This document shows, in pieces, positions 49,650-62,561 of a stretch of 64,000 bases of DNA. Where the stretch lies: the NCBI RefSeq assembly GCF_030144855.1, contig NC_082710.1, forward strand, positions 40,362,001 to 40,426,000, read 5' to 3'. Under the pieces are notes generated by a model, which had not been told where the DNA came from, ran no database searches, and worked only from the letters and a program-made list of their open reading frames with translations. Source of the stretch: Hypanus sabinus (Eukaryota). The position numbers and the translations under genes were made by a program. Positions within the stretch are counted from its first letter, which is position 1; every line of letters begins with the position of its first letter.

Positions 49650-49846
49650 TTCCCACAACATGGAGGCCAAGTCATTGGGTGTATTTAAGGCAGAGACTGA
49701 TAGAATCTTGACTAGTCAGAAAATGAAGAGATACGGGGGGCAGCAAGAGATTGGGCTGAGAGGAAAAATGGATCAACCATAATGAAATGCTGGAGCAGAC
49801 TCAGTGGGTCAAATGGCCTAATTCTGCTCCTAAATCTTGTGGTCTT
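49650..49846 (+). mobile_element. CR1 3' end
   Basis: tggaggccaagtcattgggtgtatttaaggcagag..aatggcctaattctgctcc. Confidence 0.85.
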
Positions 49847-50902
49847 AGCAAGCCAACCAATGGTGATCAATATTTAGATGTTAAGAGACACTGTGGAATT
49901 TGAGGTCACCAAGAATTATGAATTATAAATAGAAAACCTTTGGTGCAATGGCCCCTATTCACTTCTAAACTTGGGTGGCGTATGTATCCAAAAAGCCTTC
50001 TGAACACTTTCTAAACCAATAGCTTATCATGAGTTCTATTTCTAAATTCAGACCACGTTTGTTCCTTTGTCCCTTCCCCGCCTCTTGGAGTAATTATGAG
50101 CAAAAATTCAACATCAGATGTAAGATATCATGCCATTTGAATCAAATGGAGCTACATGTTAACCAATGTAATGACAAGCAGCACAGTAAACAAGAGGAGG
50201 ACTGGGAACAGACACACTACCACTTGCCAAAATGTCTCTTTTATAAAAACAAAATAGTGTCCTTTAATTATGGCCATTGCCCCATATTTGATGTTAACCT
50301 GCTTATCGTTCCTGCACACAATAATAGTCAACATAATATGATCCTTCTCATTAAACAAAACATTACCTTGTGCATGACTTTCCCCATCAGTGGTTTATTT
50401 ATTGCCACGTTGAGGATGAAATAGAGATACTGACATTGATGGTTTATTACTGAAAAATGACTTGTGGAGAGCCATAAAACCTGCTATTAAGAAGCACACA
50501 AAATGATGCTACATCTGATCAGATTCTATTCCTAACACTACTTGCCTTTCAAATAAAAAAAAATTGGCATCAACAGCATTGACCCTGGTTGGCCTAAGGT
50601 ACACTCAAATTAAAATCCAATACTTTTACAGCCTCTTGACAGCAAAACATTTGAATGAGGTATAATCAAACAAAATGCAGTATGTGAATAATCTCCTGTT
50701 ACAGGTTGGCTACTTTACATCTAAACCAACACTCTCTCCCACACCTCCTCCCACTGTTGTGCAAGCTTTCTGCCTCCTGTTCAGTAAGATGAGAAGGTTA
50801 AACAAGATAAAGCATTAATTCATTATTTGCCAATGTCAATAGCTTCAAACGCATTGTGCGGCAATAAAGTACAACAGCAGAGTCCTTCTCACATGAAATA
50901 AA

Positions 50903-50920
50903 GCTGCCACCTAGAGTTCA
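50903..50920 (-). promoter_or_regulatory. CTCF-like motif
   Basis: Minus strand TGAACTCTAGGTGGCAGC resembles the CCACYAGRKGGCRG core; lies in unique sequence. Confidence 0.35.
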
Positions 50921-51229
50921 GGGATCAATGTTCATCTTTGTCCTATAAACTCACAGAACCCTTCTTGTACAATTATCAGACTGTGCTTAAATACTTCAGT
51001 TTCCAAGGTACTTTCAATTCACAGTGAATTTACTATTCGATGTTTCTTTTTAGTACATTATATTGATTTATTCCCTAACCAAATGCTCCATCCATGCATA
51101 ACACACAAGTCAGAAACTCACAATGTGTATATTGAATAGAACTGCTACATTAAACTATTGTATCACAAGTGATTGGTAATAAAATATTTCAAATCAGCAG
51201 CTGAATCGGAGTTGAAAAATTATATAACG

Positions 51230-51304
51230 TTCTCACTCTCTCCCCCTTCTCTCTCCCCCTTCTCTCTCTCTCTCTCTCTCTCTCCCTCTCACACACTCTC
51301 TCTC

Positions 51305-51341
<37 letters not shown>
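51230..51341. repeat. (CT)n microsatellite / polypyrimidine tract
   Basis: About 110 bp of CT repeats with CCCCCTT and CA interruptions. Confidence 0.95.
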
Positions 51342-51342
<1 letters not shown>

Positions 51343-52579
51343 GCAACACACCGCCGACTAGCTGTAGCTTGATTACTTTCTTCACAATAATGTTGGAAAA
51401 TGTATATTTAAGGAAAGGATTGAAGTTTCTATGGCTAAGTGGAGACATAGATGGAACATTGTAGTTTCTGTGCCACCAAGATTGTGAAACTGTCAAGTGT
51501 AAAACACGGCTGGTCAGGATTGACTAATGGGGATTGTAATGCTAGATAGATATCCTGGTGTTTTGGTCAATTACCTTTAAGTGTCAAGGAGAAATTTCAC
51601 AGAGCTTAATCTTCTTGGGAGTTACACCTGAGATTATTCACCTCCCTCAGGAAATTAAATACATTGGGGCGTGATCTACAATGGAACAAATTGCACACCG
51701 TCTGTTAATAAACAAAGCATTGATGAGCAAAGTAAGGTTTCTTATTCCATTTTTTATATTTTGTAAATAGCAACAAATTCACAGAGTATAAGGATTGATC
51801 CATTGTGATCTTCAACACTGAAAGAGCTTTGAGACATTGTCAAGCATGAATAATAAAGATATCAAACAGCTATTATTTGCATTAGTTCATGACTGAACAA
51901 TGCGCCCGAATAGCAATATCTAAGACTTTCAGATAGTACAGATGAAAAATCACATATGGTCTCTTTCTGTAAATTCCAACATTTTGTTTAATTTTATGTT
52001 AAGATGGTTCTACTAGATTCATGAATTTATGCTGTGATTAGTGTGAAATCATATTATTCAGGCAGAACAATGGCAAGTTATCTCTTTATCTTGCCATACT
52101 GTACCAGGATTGTTTGATACTGACATGAACAATAAAAGGTATAAGTGTTCTGATTCTTTGTCATTTTCACATATTAAAGTTATAGATGTTTCCCTGTTGA
52201 ATAAATCTGTCATCTATCAGCAAAACGATTAATATTACAGAGCTGAAGACCTGGTCACTTTCTCATGAATTGAATATTCATTTATATTGTTGACATTCCA
52301 AATTTTACCTGCTTAAGTTTAGGAAGTCTTGAGAAGTACAAGTTCCCTCCACTGAAAAAGGGATAAGAGCTTGAAAACGATAAGCTTGAGAACTCTTTAG
52401 CCTCCTCTCAACTCTGTGTGTTGCACTAAGTTGTCTTCCTGGCTCATAGTGGTTCACTCAATTGTAACATCTTTGTTACAGAGACAAGTTGCAACGGAGC
52501 AACTAACTGGAATTGGTAATCCATTGTAGCCTAGTGTACATGGTGCTGAAGACTTCTTAAATCTTGGATTTACTGAAGT

Positions 52580-53358
52580 CAGAGGTGGAGCGAAGTGATG
52601 ATGGTGCTAAATAGCAACTCCTTTGCTTGCATCTTTAGGAACAGCTCTATTTCCATCTTTAATATCTCTGTTTTTCCATTTCTGGGTTCTTTTGAAGACC
52701 CTGCCCTGGAGTTACACACTGACTACAGTTCTTTGCGGGAATGGGACCAATTCTTGGGGTTTCATATCTGGCCGTTGTTCGACATGCCAAGGGCTCGGCC
52801 TAGGATCTCGGGGCTCTGGAGAAGGTCAGTGTTATGGCAGGAGACCCATGTGTCGTCAGGGCAGTCAAAATATCTATGGCTGTGTGCAACAGAGACTCGA
52901 GATCTTTGGGCAAAGAGCACGGAAAAAGCGACGTAATGGACTCTTAACATCATAAACCAGCGAATTGTTTGTTATGTCTCCCCGCTCGCTGTGAAACAGA
53001 GACATATTTTTCTCCCTTATTAGGGAGAGAGAGAGCTTGTGGTATGTCGAATGTCAGGTAAACAATGTAGTCTTTGGAGTACTGACAGTCTGTGTCTTTA
53101 CTGTTGCTTTGCTCACACTTGAGTGCTCAGTGGTGTGTGCCAATGTTTTTTTTTGCTGGGGGATTGTTTCTTCCTGCCGCTTACATGCGGGAGGTAAGAG
53201 CTGGGGGGTGGACCTTGGGGGTCTTACATTTAACTATCATTAATTCTTTGGGACACTTCTCTGTTTTTGTGATGGTTGTGAAGAAAAAGCATTTCCGGAT
53301 GTATATTGTATACATTTCTCTGACATTAAATGTACCTTTGAAAGCTTGAAACCTTTGA
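52580..53358 (+). mobile_element. ~780-bp non-coding non-autonomous retroelement with Rex1-like ends
   Basis: 5' gatgatggtgc (decayed GATGGCGC); no recognisable ORF; 3' tail gtatattgtatacatttctctgacattaaatgtacctttgaaagcttgaaacctttga like the Rex1 tails at ~30250 and ~32610. Confidence 0.6.
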
Positions 53359-55024
53359 AGCTTAATACAATGGTCTGTACAGTTTCATGTTATAGTCTAA
53401 TTAATTACTGAAGAAGCAAGAGAGCTGCTGGATTGTTGTGAAAATCACAGATGTTTGTTTATGACTATAGACTCCACAACCCATAGCACCAACAAAAATA
53501 ATCCCAAACTTTGGATAACAAAGTTGATCTCAAATTGAAAATTAATGATTGATACATGCAGAAGTATTTTCTAACGTTGTTCAAAATCCGGTTTCAAAGT
53601 TTGCTCTTTGTGCTCTCGTCCTAGATTCCTGAACCAGCATAAGTAATTTTTTTCTATCAATGCTCAATCAGTCAACTTTAACTGCATGGAAACATTGCAT
53701 GATAATGTGGCTGATGGCCTTAAGGATTAATAATTGATTCCCAGGTTCTTGAGTCCCAGAGAATGACATGAGAGAATGGACTAATATAGGATTGTAAACT
53801 TGTCCTTGAAAAAATTACTCTCTAGAGTTTCTAAGGTGGGTTGTTTCTACAAAAGAGCAATAGAAGGAATTGATTGTAGGCCTGATTCCAAATAAAGTTG
53901 AAAAGATGGACTTTGTGGGAAATTTTCAAAGATAAAACTCCACATATCTTGTCCTCTATCAAGTAACTGACACATGTAGCTATGCCACAAAAAAATAACA
54001 TAATTTATGTTATTTTTTTCTTCCCACATGATAGTTAACAGGTGATTGACCTTGCACCTCATTTGGTGTGTTTCCTGCTGTCTATGGTGAAGCATAAATT
54101 CACAAGGCAACTTACAGCATGTTTTGTCACATTGACACTTCAGAGGGACTTAGCACAGAAAATGCCAATGCAACTTAACAGCCCCAGCTAATGATTCATG
54201 AAGGGATGTAGGATAAACATTTGTGTGTCATTTTGTGCAGCGTTAAAACTTGATTACAAGTGCAGTGCTGAGGAAATGTGGGTTTTTTTAAAATGACCTT
54301 GTAATTCACGTGAATATTTAAATCAAGGTTCCCTGATTTTTGTTCTGGCTCTTCAGGTGTATTTCAAATGCTAAAATGCATTATTCAGAGCTGCATTGTT
54401 TTTCCCTTCCAGTGTCTTGGATGACATATTTACCCTCAATTAGCATTGGCATAACAGATTCTTCACCTTAATGCATCATTCTCAGCAAACGTCACCAGCA
54501 TTATCGCAACAAGTGTAGTTAGGGTTAATCAACCATGCACTATCATTATATAATATTATGCAATCACTATGGCAGTTGGAACCAAGTCACATGGAATGCT
54601 CACAATTCTAATATATAGAGGTGACAAATATCATAGGTTATCATATCAAGGCAGTCATACCAGATGAATCAACATGGATTTATGAGAAAGATCAAAATTG
54701 TGGCAACAGTGCATAAGCAGAAATCTACTCTATTAACCAGACCTTGAATTGACTTCCCTCTGTTGGCAAGGGATTCAGAATTCACAGGAATTCAAAAAGG
54801 AAACTCTTTCTTAAATAATGACCTGTTTAAGGAAAATAAATTTAGAAGATTAAGGGAGTTGAAGAACTACATATGGTTCTTTATTACTTACAGCTTAGGA
54901 ACAGGCCATTCAGCCCAACATTCATGACAATGTAAGTTGCCCATGCTGACATTTTCATACTTCATTTAGCCCCATTATAATCCCCTTCATCCATCACATG
55001 GTTGGCAGTGATGTCTATGTACAG

Positions 55025-56570
55025 ACATAGAAACATAGAAAACCTACAGCACAATACAGGCCCTTCGGCCCACAAAGCTGTGTTGAACGTGTCTCTACCT
55101 TAGAACTACCTAGGCTTTACTCATAGCCCTCTATTTTTCTAAGCTCCATCTAGCCATCCAGGAGCCCCTTAAAATACCCTATCATTTCCGCCTCCACCAC
55201 CACCACCGGCAGCCCATTCCATGCACTCAACACTCTCTGAGTAAAAAACTTAACCGTTGACATTTCCTCTGTACCTACTTCCAAGCACCTTAAAACTATG
55301 CCCTCTTGTGTTAGCAATTTCAGTCCTGGAGAAAAGCCTCTCACTATCCACACAATCAATGCCTCTCATTATCTTGTACACTTCTATCAGGTCACCTGTC
55401 TTCCTCTGTCGCTCCAAGGAGAAAAGGCTGAGTTTACTCAACCTATTCTCGTAATGCTCCCCAATCCAGGCAACATCCTTGTAAATCTCCTTTGCACCCT
55501 TTCTATAGTGAGATGACCAGAACGGAGCAAAGTACTCCAACTGGGGTCTGACCAGGGTCTTCCACACTGCCAAGAGTCTTACTATTAATGCAATATTCTG
55601 CCATAATATTTGACCTACTAAAATGAGTCACCTCACACTTACCTGGGATGAACTCCATCTGCAACTTCTCAGCCCAGTTTTGCATTCTATCAATGTCCTG
55701 CTGTAACCTCTGACTGCTATCCACACTATCCACAGCACCCCCAAGCTTTGCGTCATCAGCAAATTTACTAACCCATCCCTCCACTTCCTCATCCAGGTCA
55801 TTAATAAAAATCACGAAAAGTAAGGGTCCCAGATCAAATCCCTATGGCACACCACTGGTCACCGGCCTCCATGCAGAATATGACCCATCTACAACCACTC
55901 TCTGCCTTCTGTGGGTAAGCCAGTTCTGGATCCACAAAGCAATGTCCCCTTGGATCCCATGCCTCCTTACTTTCTCAATAAGCCTTGCATGGGGTACCTT
56001 ATCGAATGCCTTGCTAAAATCCATATACACTACATCTATGGCTCTACCTTCATCAATGTATTTAGTCACATCCTCAAACAATACAGTCAGGCTCGTAAGG
56101 CATGACCTGCCTTTGACAAAGCCATGCTGACTATTCTTAATTATATAATGCCTCTCCAAATGTTCATAAGTCCTGCCTCTCAGGATCTTCTCCATCAACT
56201 TACCAACCACTGAAGTTAGACTTACCGGTCTATAATTTCCTGGGTTATCCCTACTCCCTATCTTGAATAAGGGAACAACATCCTCATCCCTCCAATCTTG
56301 GAACCTCTCCCAACCTCACTGATGATGCAAAGATTATTGCCAGGGGTTCAGCAAACTCCTCACTCGCTTCCCACAGTAGCCTGGGGTACATCCAGTGACT
56401 TATCCAACTTGATGCTTTCCTAAAGCTCTGGCACATGCTCTTCGTTAATATTACATGCTCAAGCTTTTCAGTCCACTGCAAGTCATCCTTACAATCACCA
56501 AGATCCTTTTCCGTAGTGAAAACTGAAGCAAAGTATTCATTAAGTACCTCCGTTATTTCCTCTTGTTCCA
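55025..56570 (-). mobile_element. CR1 LINE, RT to 3' end
   Basis: ORFs 55842..56210 (QHGFVKGRSCLT..DFSKAFDKVPH..VTSGVP), 55503..55814 (SKFADDAKL) and 55250..55573. Confidence 0.95.
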
Positions 56571-57884
56571 TACAAAAACCTTACCAAGGTTTACGAAATA
56601 AACCTACTCCTGAACTTATGATGGAAGGAAAAACAATTGGAGACGCAGCTGAAGGTGGAGTGTCCCAGTGGCTTGGGGCACTGCCCTCTAAGGGACTCCT
56701 GCAGCAGTGGTCAAGGCAATTTATGTGACATGTTATGGTTAAATCCAAAACCCAGCCATTTCTGGTGTACGTGGCCACCTGTCTGTCCTCAAACTTACTG
56801 GTTCACAGGAGTTAATTGTTTTCTTAAACTAATGAATTCACACTGGAACATCTATGCTATAATACAACTGTAGTCTTGATTTACACAGGGTATTTGAACT
56901 ATCTTTGTGTTATGAGTTCACAAAAAATAATGAAGTATATATGTAACAAAAAGGTAGATACAATATTGATTTGGAAAATAGAAATCCAGAGTCATTACTC
57001 ACTGCTGAGAATAGACTAATCGTAAAGCCCCAGTGAAAAGATTAAAAACAGTTTCAGGAAGTATTACTTACACTGATCAATGATGTACCATCTTCAGCCA
57101 TTGGATTTTCAATAACACTTTTCCCTTTTGGGAAACAATCAATTTTTATCATATGATTGATTTACCTTTGGGCTCAGTTTCTATGCACTGAAAAAGCTAT
57201 TTATCTTCAATGTATAGTGATACTATTTTCAGAAGGTAGCTGTCTTCCAAAGAATTCTGACATCCCTGAAGCTTTTCTGTGTTTAATGTTATGATTACTG
57301 TGACTAAGTGGTTTAAATTGCACTTTAGGGCCATTTCATAATTTTAAATTGCAATAGATGTCGGAACTGTTCTGGATATGCTATCTGAAATAAGAAGAGC
57401 TGAATCCACAATTGGTTACAGATACTCACCAAGGATTTAATGCTTTATTTATGAGAGAAAAAAATACTACGAAACCTAAAAACATTATGGGCTAGATCTT
57501 GGTGGCTACTGCCAACTGTTCCGAATGAAACCATCTGTATTTAACTATTTGAACAGCAGTGAGTCCAGGATTTACATGTGTACATGGTCCAAGGCAGAGA
57601 CTTAGGGCTTACTGACAAATATGAAAGGTTGAATCTGTTATTTTGCTGCTCTGCCAGACTCCCTATTAGACCCTAAAATCCCTGACCAGGAGAACTGCCC
57701 AATTGACCCTGAGCCAGAATCCGAGACATTATTGAGGAATGTAGTTCAAAACATTAGGAGATTAACGGTTAGGTAAATAACACAGTTCATTTTAAAATTA
57801 TAAGACAAGACAATGCTAGAGACAGGTCAGGCAGCATTTATAATATGAAGAAAAGACTTAACACTTCAGGTTAGAAAGCAAAAA

Positions 57885-59820
57885 TCAGGCAGGGCTCCTG
57901 AGAATTGTAAGGTAGATGGGAAGGAGCTTCAGAAGGCACAAGACAGCTGGAAGGGAGTATGAGAAGGCCTTGGCACATAGGATTAAGGAAAACCCCACGC
58001 ACGTGAAGAACAGGAAGATTGAGGATAGTAGGGAGTATCATGTGCCTAGAGATGGAGGAGGTAGGGAGATCCTCAATGAATGCTTTGCTTCAGTGTTCAT
58101 CAGGGAGAAAGACTTTGATGAATGTGAGGTCAATGTTGAACAGGCTAATATGCTGGAGCACGTCAAGTTGAATTAAAAAGTGCTGATGGAGTTTACGAAA
58201 AATATTAGGAATTGATAAGTCCCCAGGGCCAGATATGATGTACCCCTGATTTCTGTGGAAAGCAAGGGTAATATTGCTAGGATGCTGGCAAAGATCTTTG
58301 CTGACTCCTTGGCCATAGGAATAATACCAGAGGACTGAAGATTACCAGATGTTGTTCTGTTAATCAAGAAAGTTAATAGAGATAATCCTGGGAATTATAG
58401 GCCAGAGAGCAGTGGGGAAACTATGAGAGAGGAGTCTAAGGGACAGGACATATAAACATTGGAGAAGCATTGTCTTATAATGAATAGATCTGCATGGCTT
58501 GGTGGGGGGCATGTTGTCTCTCACCAGCCTAATTGTGTTTTTTTGAGGAGGTGACAAAGCAGATAGATGAAGGTAGAGTGGTAAATGTGATGTGTATGGA
58601 TTTTAGTAAGGTGTTTGACAAGGTTCCCTATGACAGGCTCATCCAGAAGGTCATGAGACAGGGGACCCATAGAAACTGCACTTTGCCGATTGCCTTATTG
58701 GCTTTCCCACATTTGGCAGAGGGTGACAGTAGAAGAAGTGTATTCTGCCTGAAAGTCAATGACTAATGATTTTTATCATTGAGCAATGAGGAACCAGGGA
58801 GATGGATTTATAAGTTTTCAAATGCTTGATAATCTAGAAGGTTGATAATCTACAGGATGTAGATTTGGTCAGAGAAGAGGCAGATGGAATTCAATCCAGA
58901 AAATTGTGAAGAGATACACTTTGGAAGATTGAACTTGAAGATGGAGCATGAGGTTAGTGGCATGATTCTTAGCAGTGTAAAGGAACAGAGAGATCTTTGG
59001 GCCCAAATCCCTAGATGCCTCGAAGTTGCCATGCAAGTTGATAAACATACACAGAATGCTGGCAGCATCTATGGAAAGGAATTAACAGTCAACGTTTCAG
59101 TCCAAGACACTTTATCAAGACTGGATTTCCAGCATCTGCAGAATCCCATGTGCTTATGAATTGTGCAGAATTGTGTGGGGTTGTTAAGAAGGCATATGGT
59201 GTGCCGACCTTTCTTAGTCAGGGTATTGGGTTCTCTAGCTGCAAGGTAATGTTGCAACTATATATAACTCTGCTTAGACCACACTTAGAATATTGTGTTC
59301 AGTTCTGGTCACCTCATTATAGGAAGGATGTAAAAGTTTTAGAGAGCGTGCAGAGAAGACTTACAGGATCCTGTCTGGGTTGGAGAACTTGTCTTATTAG
59401 GAAATGCTCAGCAATTTAGGGCTCTTTGTTTTGGAGTAATGGAGGATGAGAGGTGATCTGATTGAAGTGCATAAGCTATGACAGGCATAGATAGAGTGGA
59501 GAGCCAGCATCTCTTTCCCAATGAGGCAATGGCCAATGCCAGAGAGCATCCATTTAAGGTGAGTGGATGAAAGTTTAGGAAAGATGTAGAGGAAGGTATT
59601 GTACACAGAATGGTGGGTGCCTTGAGCAAACTGTCAAGGGTGGTGTTAGAGGCTAAAGCAATACAGACATTCAAAAGACTCTTCAATAACCAATAGATGT
59701 AAGCAAATTGGTGGGTTATGGATTGTGCAGGAAGGGTTAGATTTAACTTGGAGTAAGTCTATATAGTTCAGATGTTATGGGCTGAAAGCCACATTCTGCA
59801 CTGTACTATTCTATGTTCTA
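57885..59820 (+). mobile_element. CR1 LINE, decayed RT to 3' end, with a Penelope pLTR insertion at ~59045-59155
   Basis: ORFs 58533..58766 (DFSKVFDKVP), 58884..59159 and 59150..59419 (RPHLEYCVQFWSP); tail ttctatgttcta. Confidence 0.9.
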
Positions 59821-59821
59821 G

Positions 59822-60080
59822 GTTCAAGATTCAAGTTTGTTTAATGTCATTTCCAGTACAAAAATTTAAAAGAGAACAAAATAATTGTTACTCCGGATCC
59901 ATGAAAAACACCATAATACAACAAAGAACATAACAATAGAAATACACAATAGAGATAAATACATAACATAGCTGATATACATAGATTGATTGTAGGTCCA
60001 TAAAGTGACACTAGGCATAGTGTGTCTATACATAAGGTGACTGACAGGAAATGATAATTTAGTGATGGTGGATGGTCCAT
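59822..60080 (-). mobile_element. Rex1 3' UTR fragment (same family as 5125-5400)
   Basis: ttcaagattcaag..gagaacaaaataattgttactc..cataaggtgactgacaggaa is shared with 5125-5370. Confidence 0.85.
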
Positions 60081-60781
60081 GTTCTATATTCTATGTTCTT
60101 AACATCCCGAAGGTTAGAAAACCTGAAATAATTGACCTTAAACTTTAACTTTTGTTTCACTCCCCACAGATGCTGCCTGACCAGCTGAATGTTTTCAGTA
60201 TTTCTGTTTTTAATTGGAGTTCCAACATTTGCAGTATCTTGCTTTTGAATGCTTTAAAATTAACTTAATGTTTTTAATTTGTTATGTGCTTTGAATATCT
60301 TTTACTGCTTTCATTTAATTTGGAATAATTTTTAAGTTTCTGTGAATGCCAGAGAAGTTGCAGATTTTGCAACTATATACTCCCACCTCTAGCTTTGTCA
60401 GCTGTTAAAGGGTGCTTGAAATAATTCAATGCACTGGTCTGGAACCAGGGGCTGATCCCTATATGTGGACTCCAGACTCCAGGAGCAGTACTATCAGCCC
60501 TCACTTCTAGATCAGGCAATTACAGGGACGGCAAACCATTGAATTTGATTCCACGCAGACATCAGGCCAGCCAGGAATAGCCCATTCCCTTATACAGAGA
60601 TTACCATGGGGTTCGACAGGAGTGTTTAAAAATAGGAACTTCCGACAGCCTCAGTAGGGGATGTCTAATTCCATTGGTTAGATATTCAATTAATTTAAGA
60701 TCAGTGAAAGGAGACAAAGGGATGAAGTACTTAAAATACTATCTTACTAGTATTATCAATTGCTTATACAATAAACGAGTT

Positions 60782-61640
60782 AGACTATAAGATATAGGAG
60801 CAGAATTAGGCCATTTGGCTTATCGGTCCTGCTCCGCCATTCCATCATGGCTAATTTATTATCCCTCAACCCCAATCTTCCGCATTCCCCCCTTAACCTT
60901 TAACACCCTTATTAATCAAGAACCTATCAACCTCTGCTTTAAATATACCCAGTATCTTGGCCTCCACCACCCCTCTGTGTCAATGAATTCTACAGATTCA
61001 CTACCATTTGGCTCCACCTGTAAGCAGTTTGTACATTCTCCCTATAAACTGCATGGGTTTCCCCCTGGTGCACCAGTTACATCCCAGTGCAAAGACATAG
61101 TTAGTAGGTTAATTGGTCATTGTAAATTGGCCTGTGTTAAATAGGGTTGCTGGGCAAAGCAGCTTGCTGAACGAGAAGGGCCTGTTCCACACTGCAACTC
61201 TAAATAAAATAAAATAAAATAAAATAAAGTAAAATAAAGAAAATCTTCCTCATCTGTGTTCTAAAGACGATTCTATTCTAAGACTGTGCCCTTTGGTCCT
61301 AGACTCCATCACTATAAGAAACATCCTCTCCATGTCCCCTCTATCTAGGCCTTTCAATATTAGGGAAATTTTAATGAGATCCCTCCTCATTCATTGAAAC
61401 TCCAGCAAATACAGTCCAAGTACCCACAAATGCTCCTCAGGCATTAACCCTTTCATTCCCAGGATTATTCTTGAGAACATCCTCTAGTCTAGACACACTC
61501 CTGTACCCCCACCTCCTTTCTTAGATAAAGGGCCCAAAAACTGCTCACAATTTTGCAAATGTGTTCTGATAAATTCCTTAAAAAGTCTCAGCAATACATC
61601 CTTGCTTTTATATCCCAGTCCTCCAGAAATAAATACATTT
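60782..61640 (-). mobile_element. CR1 3' end interrupted by a 5'-truncated V-SINE (~61015-61240, +, TAAAA tail)
   Basis: tagactataagatataggagcagaattaggcc tail; V domain gtttgtacattctcc..gggtttcc; (TAAAA)n at 61201-61240. Confidence 0.85.
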
Positions 61641-61913
61641 GACTTCATAATAAGTGACTCATCAGAGGGGTTGCCCTACCAACGTTTACAAGGAATGATA
61701 TTGCAACTGTTTATCAAATGGACATAATCTTCACCACCGAGGAAACTGCAGGAAGCAGCATCAATCACAAAGTGTGGTCATACTGAGCAACACAAAATTC
61801 TAATCTCTCTACCAACTTATTGTAGAGAATCCTCAAATTTAGTGAGTATTGCCATTGAATGTTTTACCATTTCACATCTGTTCAGTCGTTTAGACAAGCC
61901 AAGATCTTCAAGT

Positions 61914-62560
61914 AAGATGGCAGCGCATTTGGTTGCTCTGGACACTCTGGGTCCAAATGACGGTGTAATTGTTCAACGTTTATGTCATTTTTATGGTTGA
62001 AAGACACTGCTGGGTATTAAGATCATCAACTACTACAGGTCTTTGCCATCAGTGAGTTGCTCGATAGTGTTGGAGCTGGATTTGTTGTGTGTGGTGTTGC
62101 TGATGACTGTTACAGCATCCCACGGAGCAAAGTGTCAGAAGTGCTACACGGAGGCTGCGCACAGTCCAACAAACGGTGCAAAGGAGCTTCTTTTTCCTTA
62201 TGAACATTTTGCTTCAGATCACAGGACCCTGTTGGACATCAGTAATGTAGAACACAGCAAATCCGAGACCAATGGTTGGGGAGCTGCGTGGCCTCAGCTG
62301 TTGTGCAGGCCATACCCTCATGCTGTGGGGCTGCCTGTTGCAGCCGCTCAGGCGAGGAGTCACAAGTCGGCGTGGCAGATGTCCTTGCTGGTTTTGGGGC
62401 TGGCTCCTCCTGTCAGTGCTGCCCTCCAGTGTTTGCTTGGTGGAAAACAAGCTGGATAGCAGTCATCTGCCACTGCATTAATGCAAGATGAGGAACTGCT
62501 GCTAGTCTTGTAGAAAATGTAGCTTCAGGACAACATCCCATGCACCAGCCAGGTTTCAAT
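61914..62560 (+). mobile_element. Rex1/Babar LINE 5' end (5' UTR, N-terminal leader, start of the endonuclease)
   Basis: Starts aagatggcagcgc; DHRTLLDIS, RRGVTSRRGR, LPSSVCLVENKLD and MRNCC..LQDNIP motifs. Confidence 0.7.
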
Positions 62561-62561
62561 T

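Noticed and set aside
50029-50424. 131-aa ORF, and a possible 82-nt minus-strand exon near 50370-50450
   Set aside because: No recognisable domain and no partner exons; splice signals alone are not sufficient
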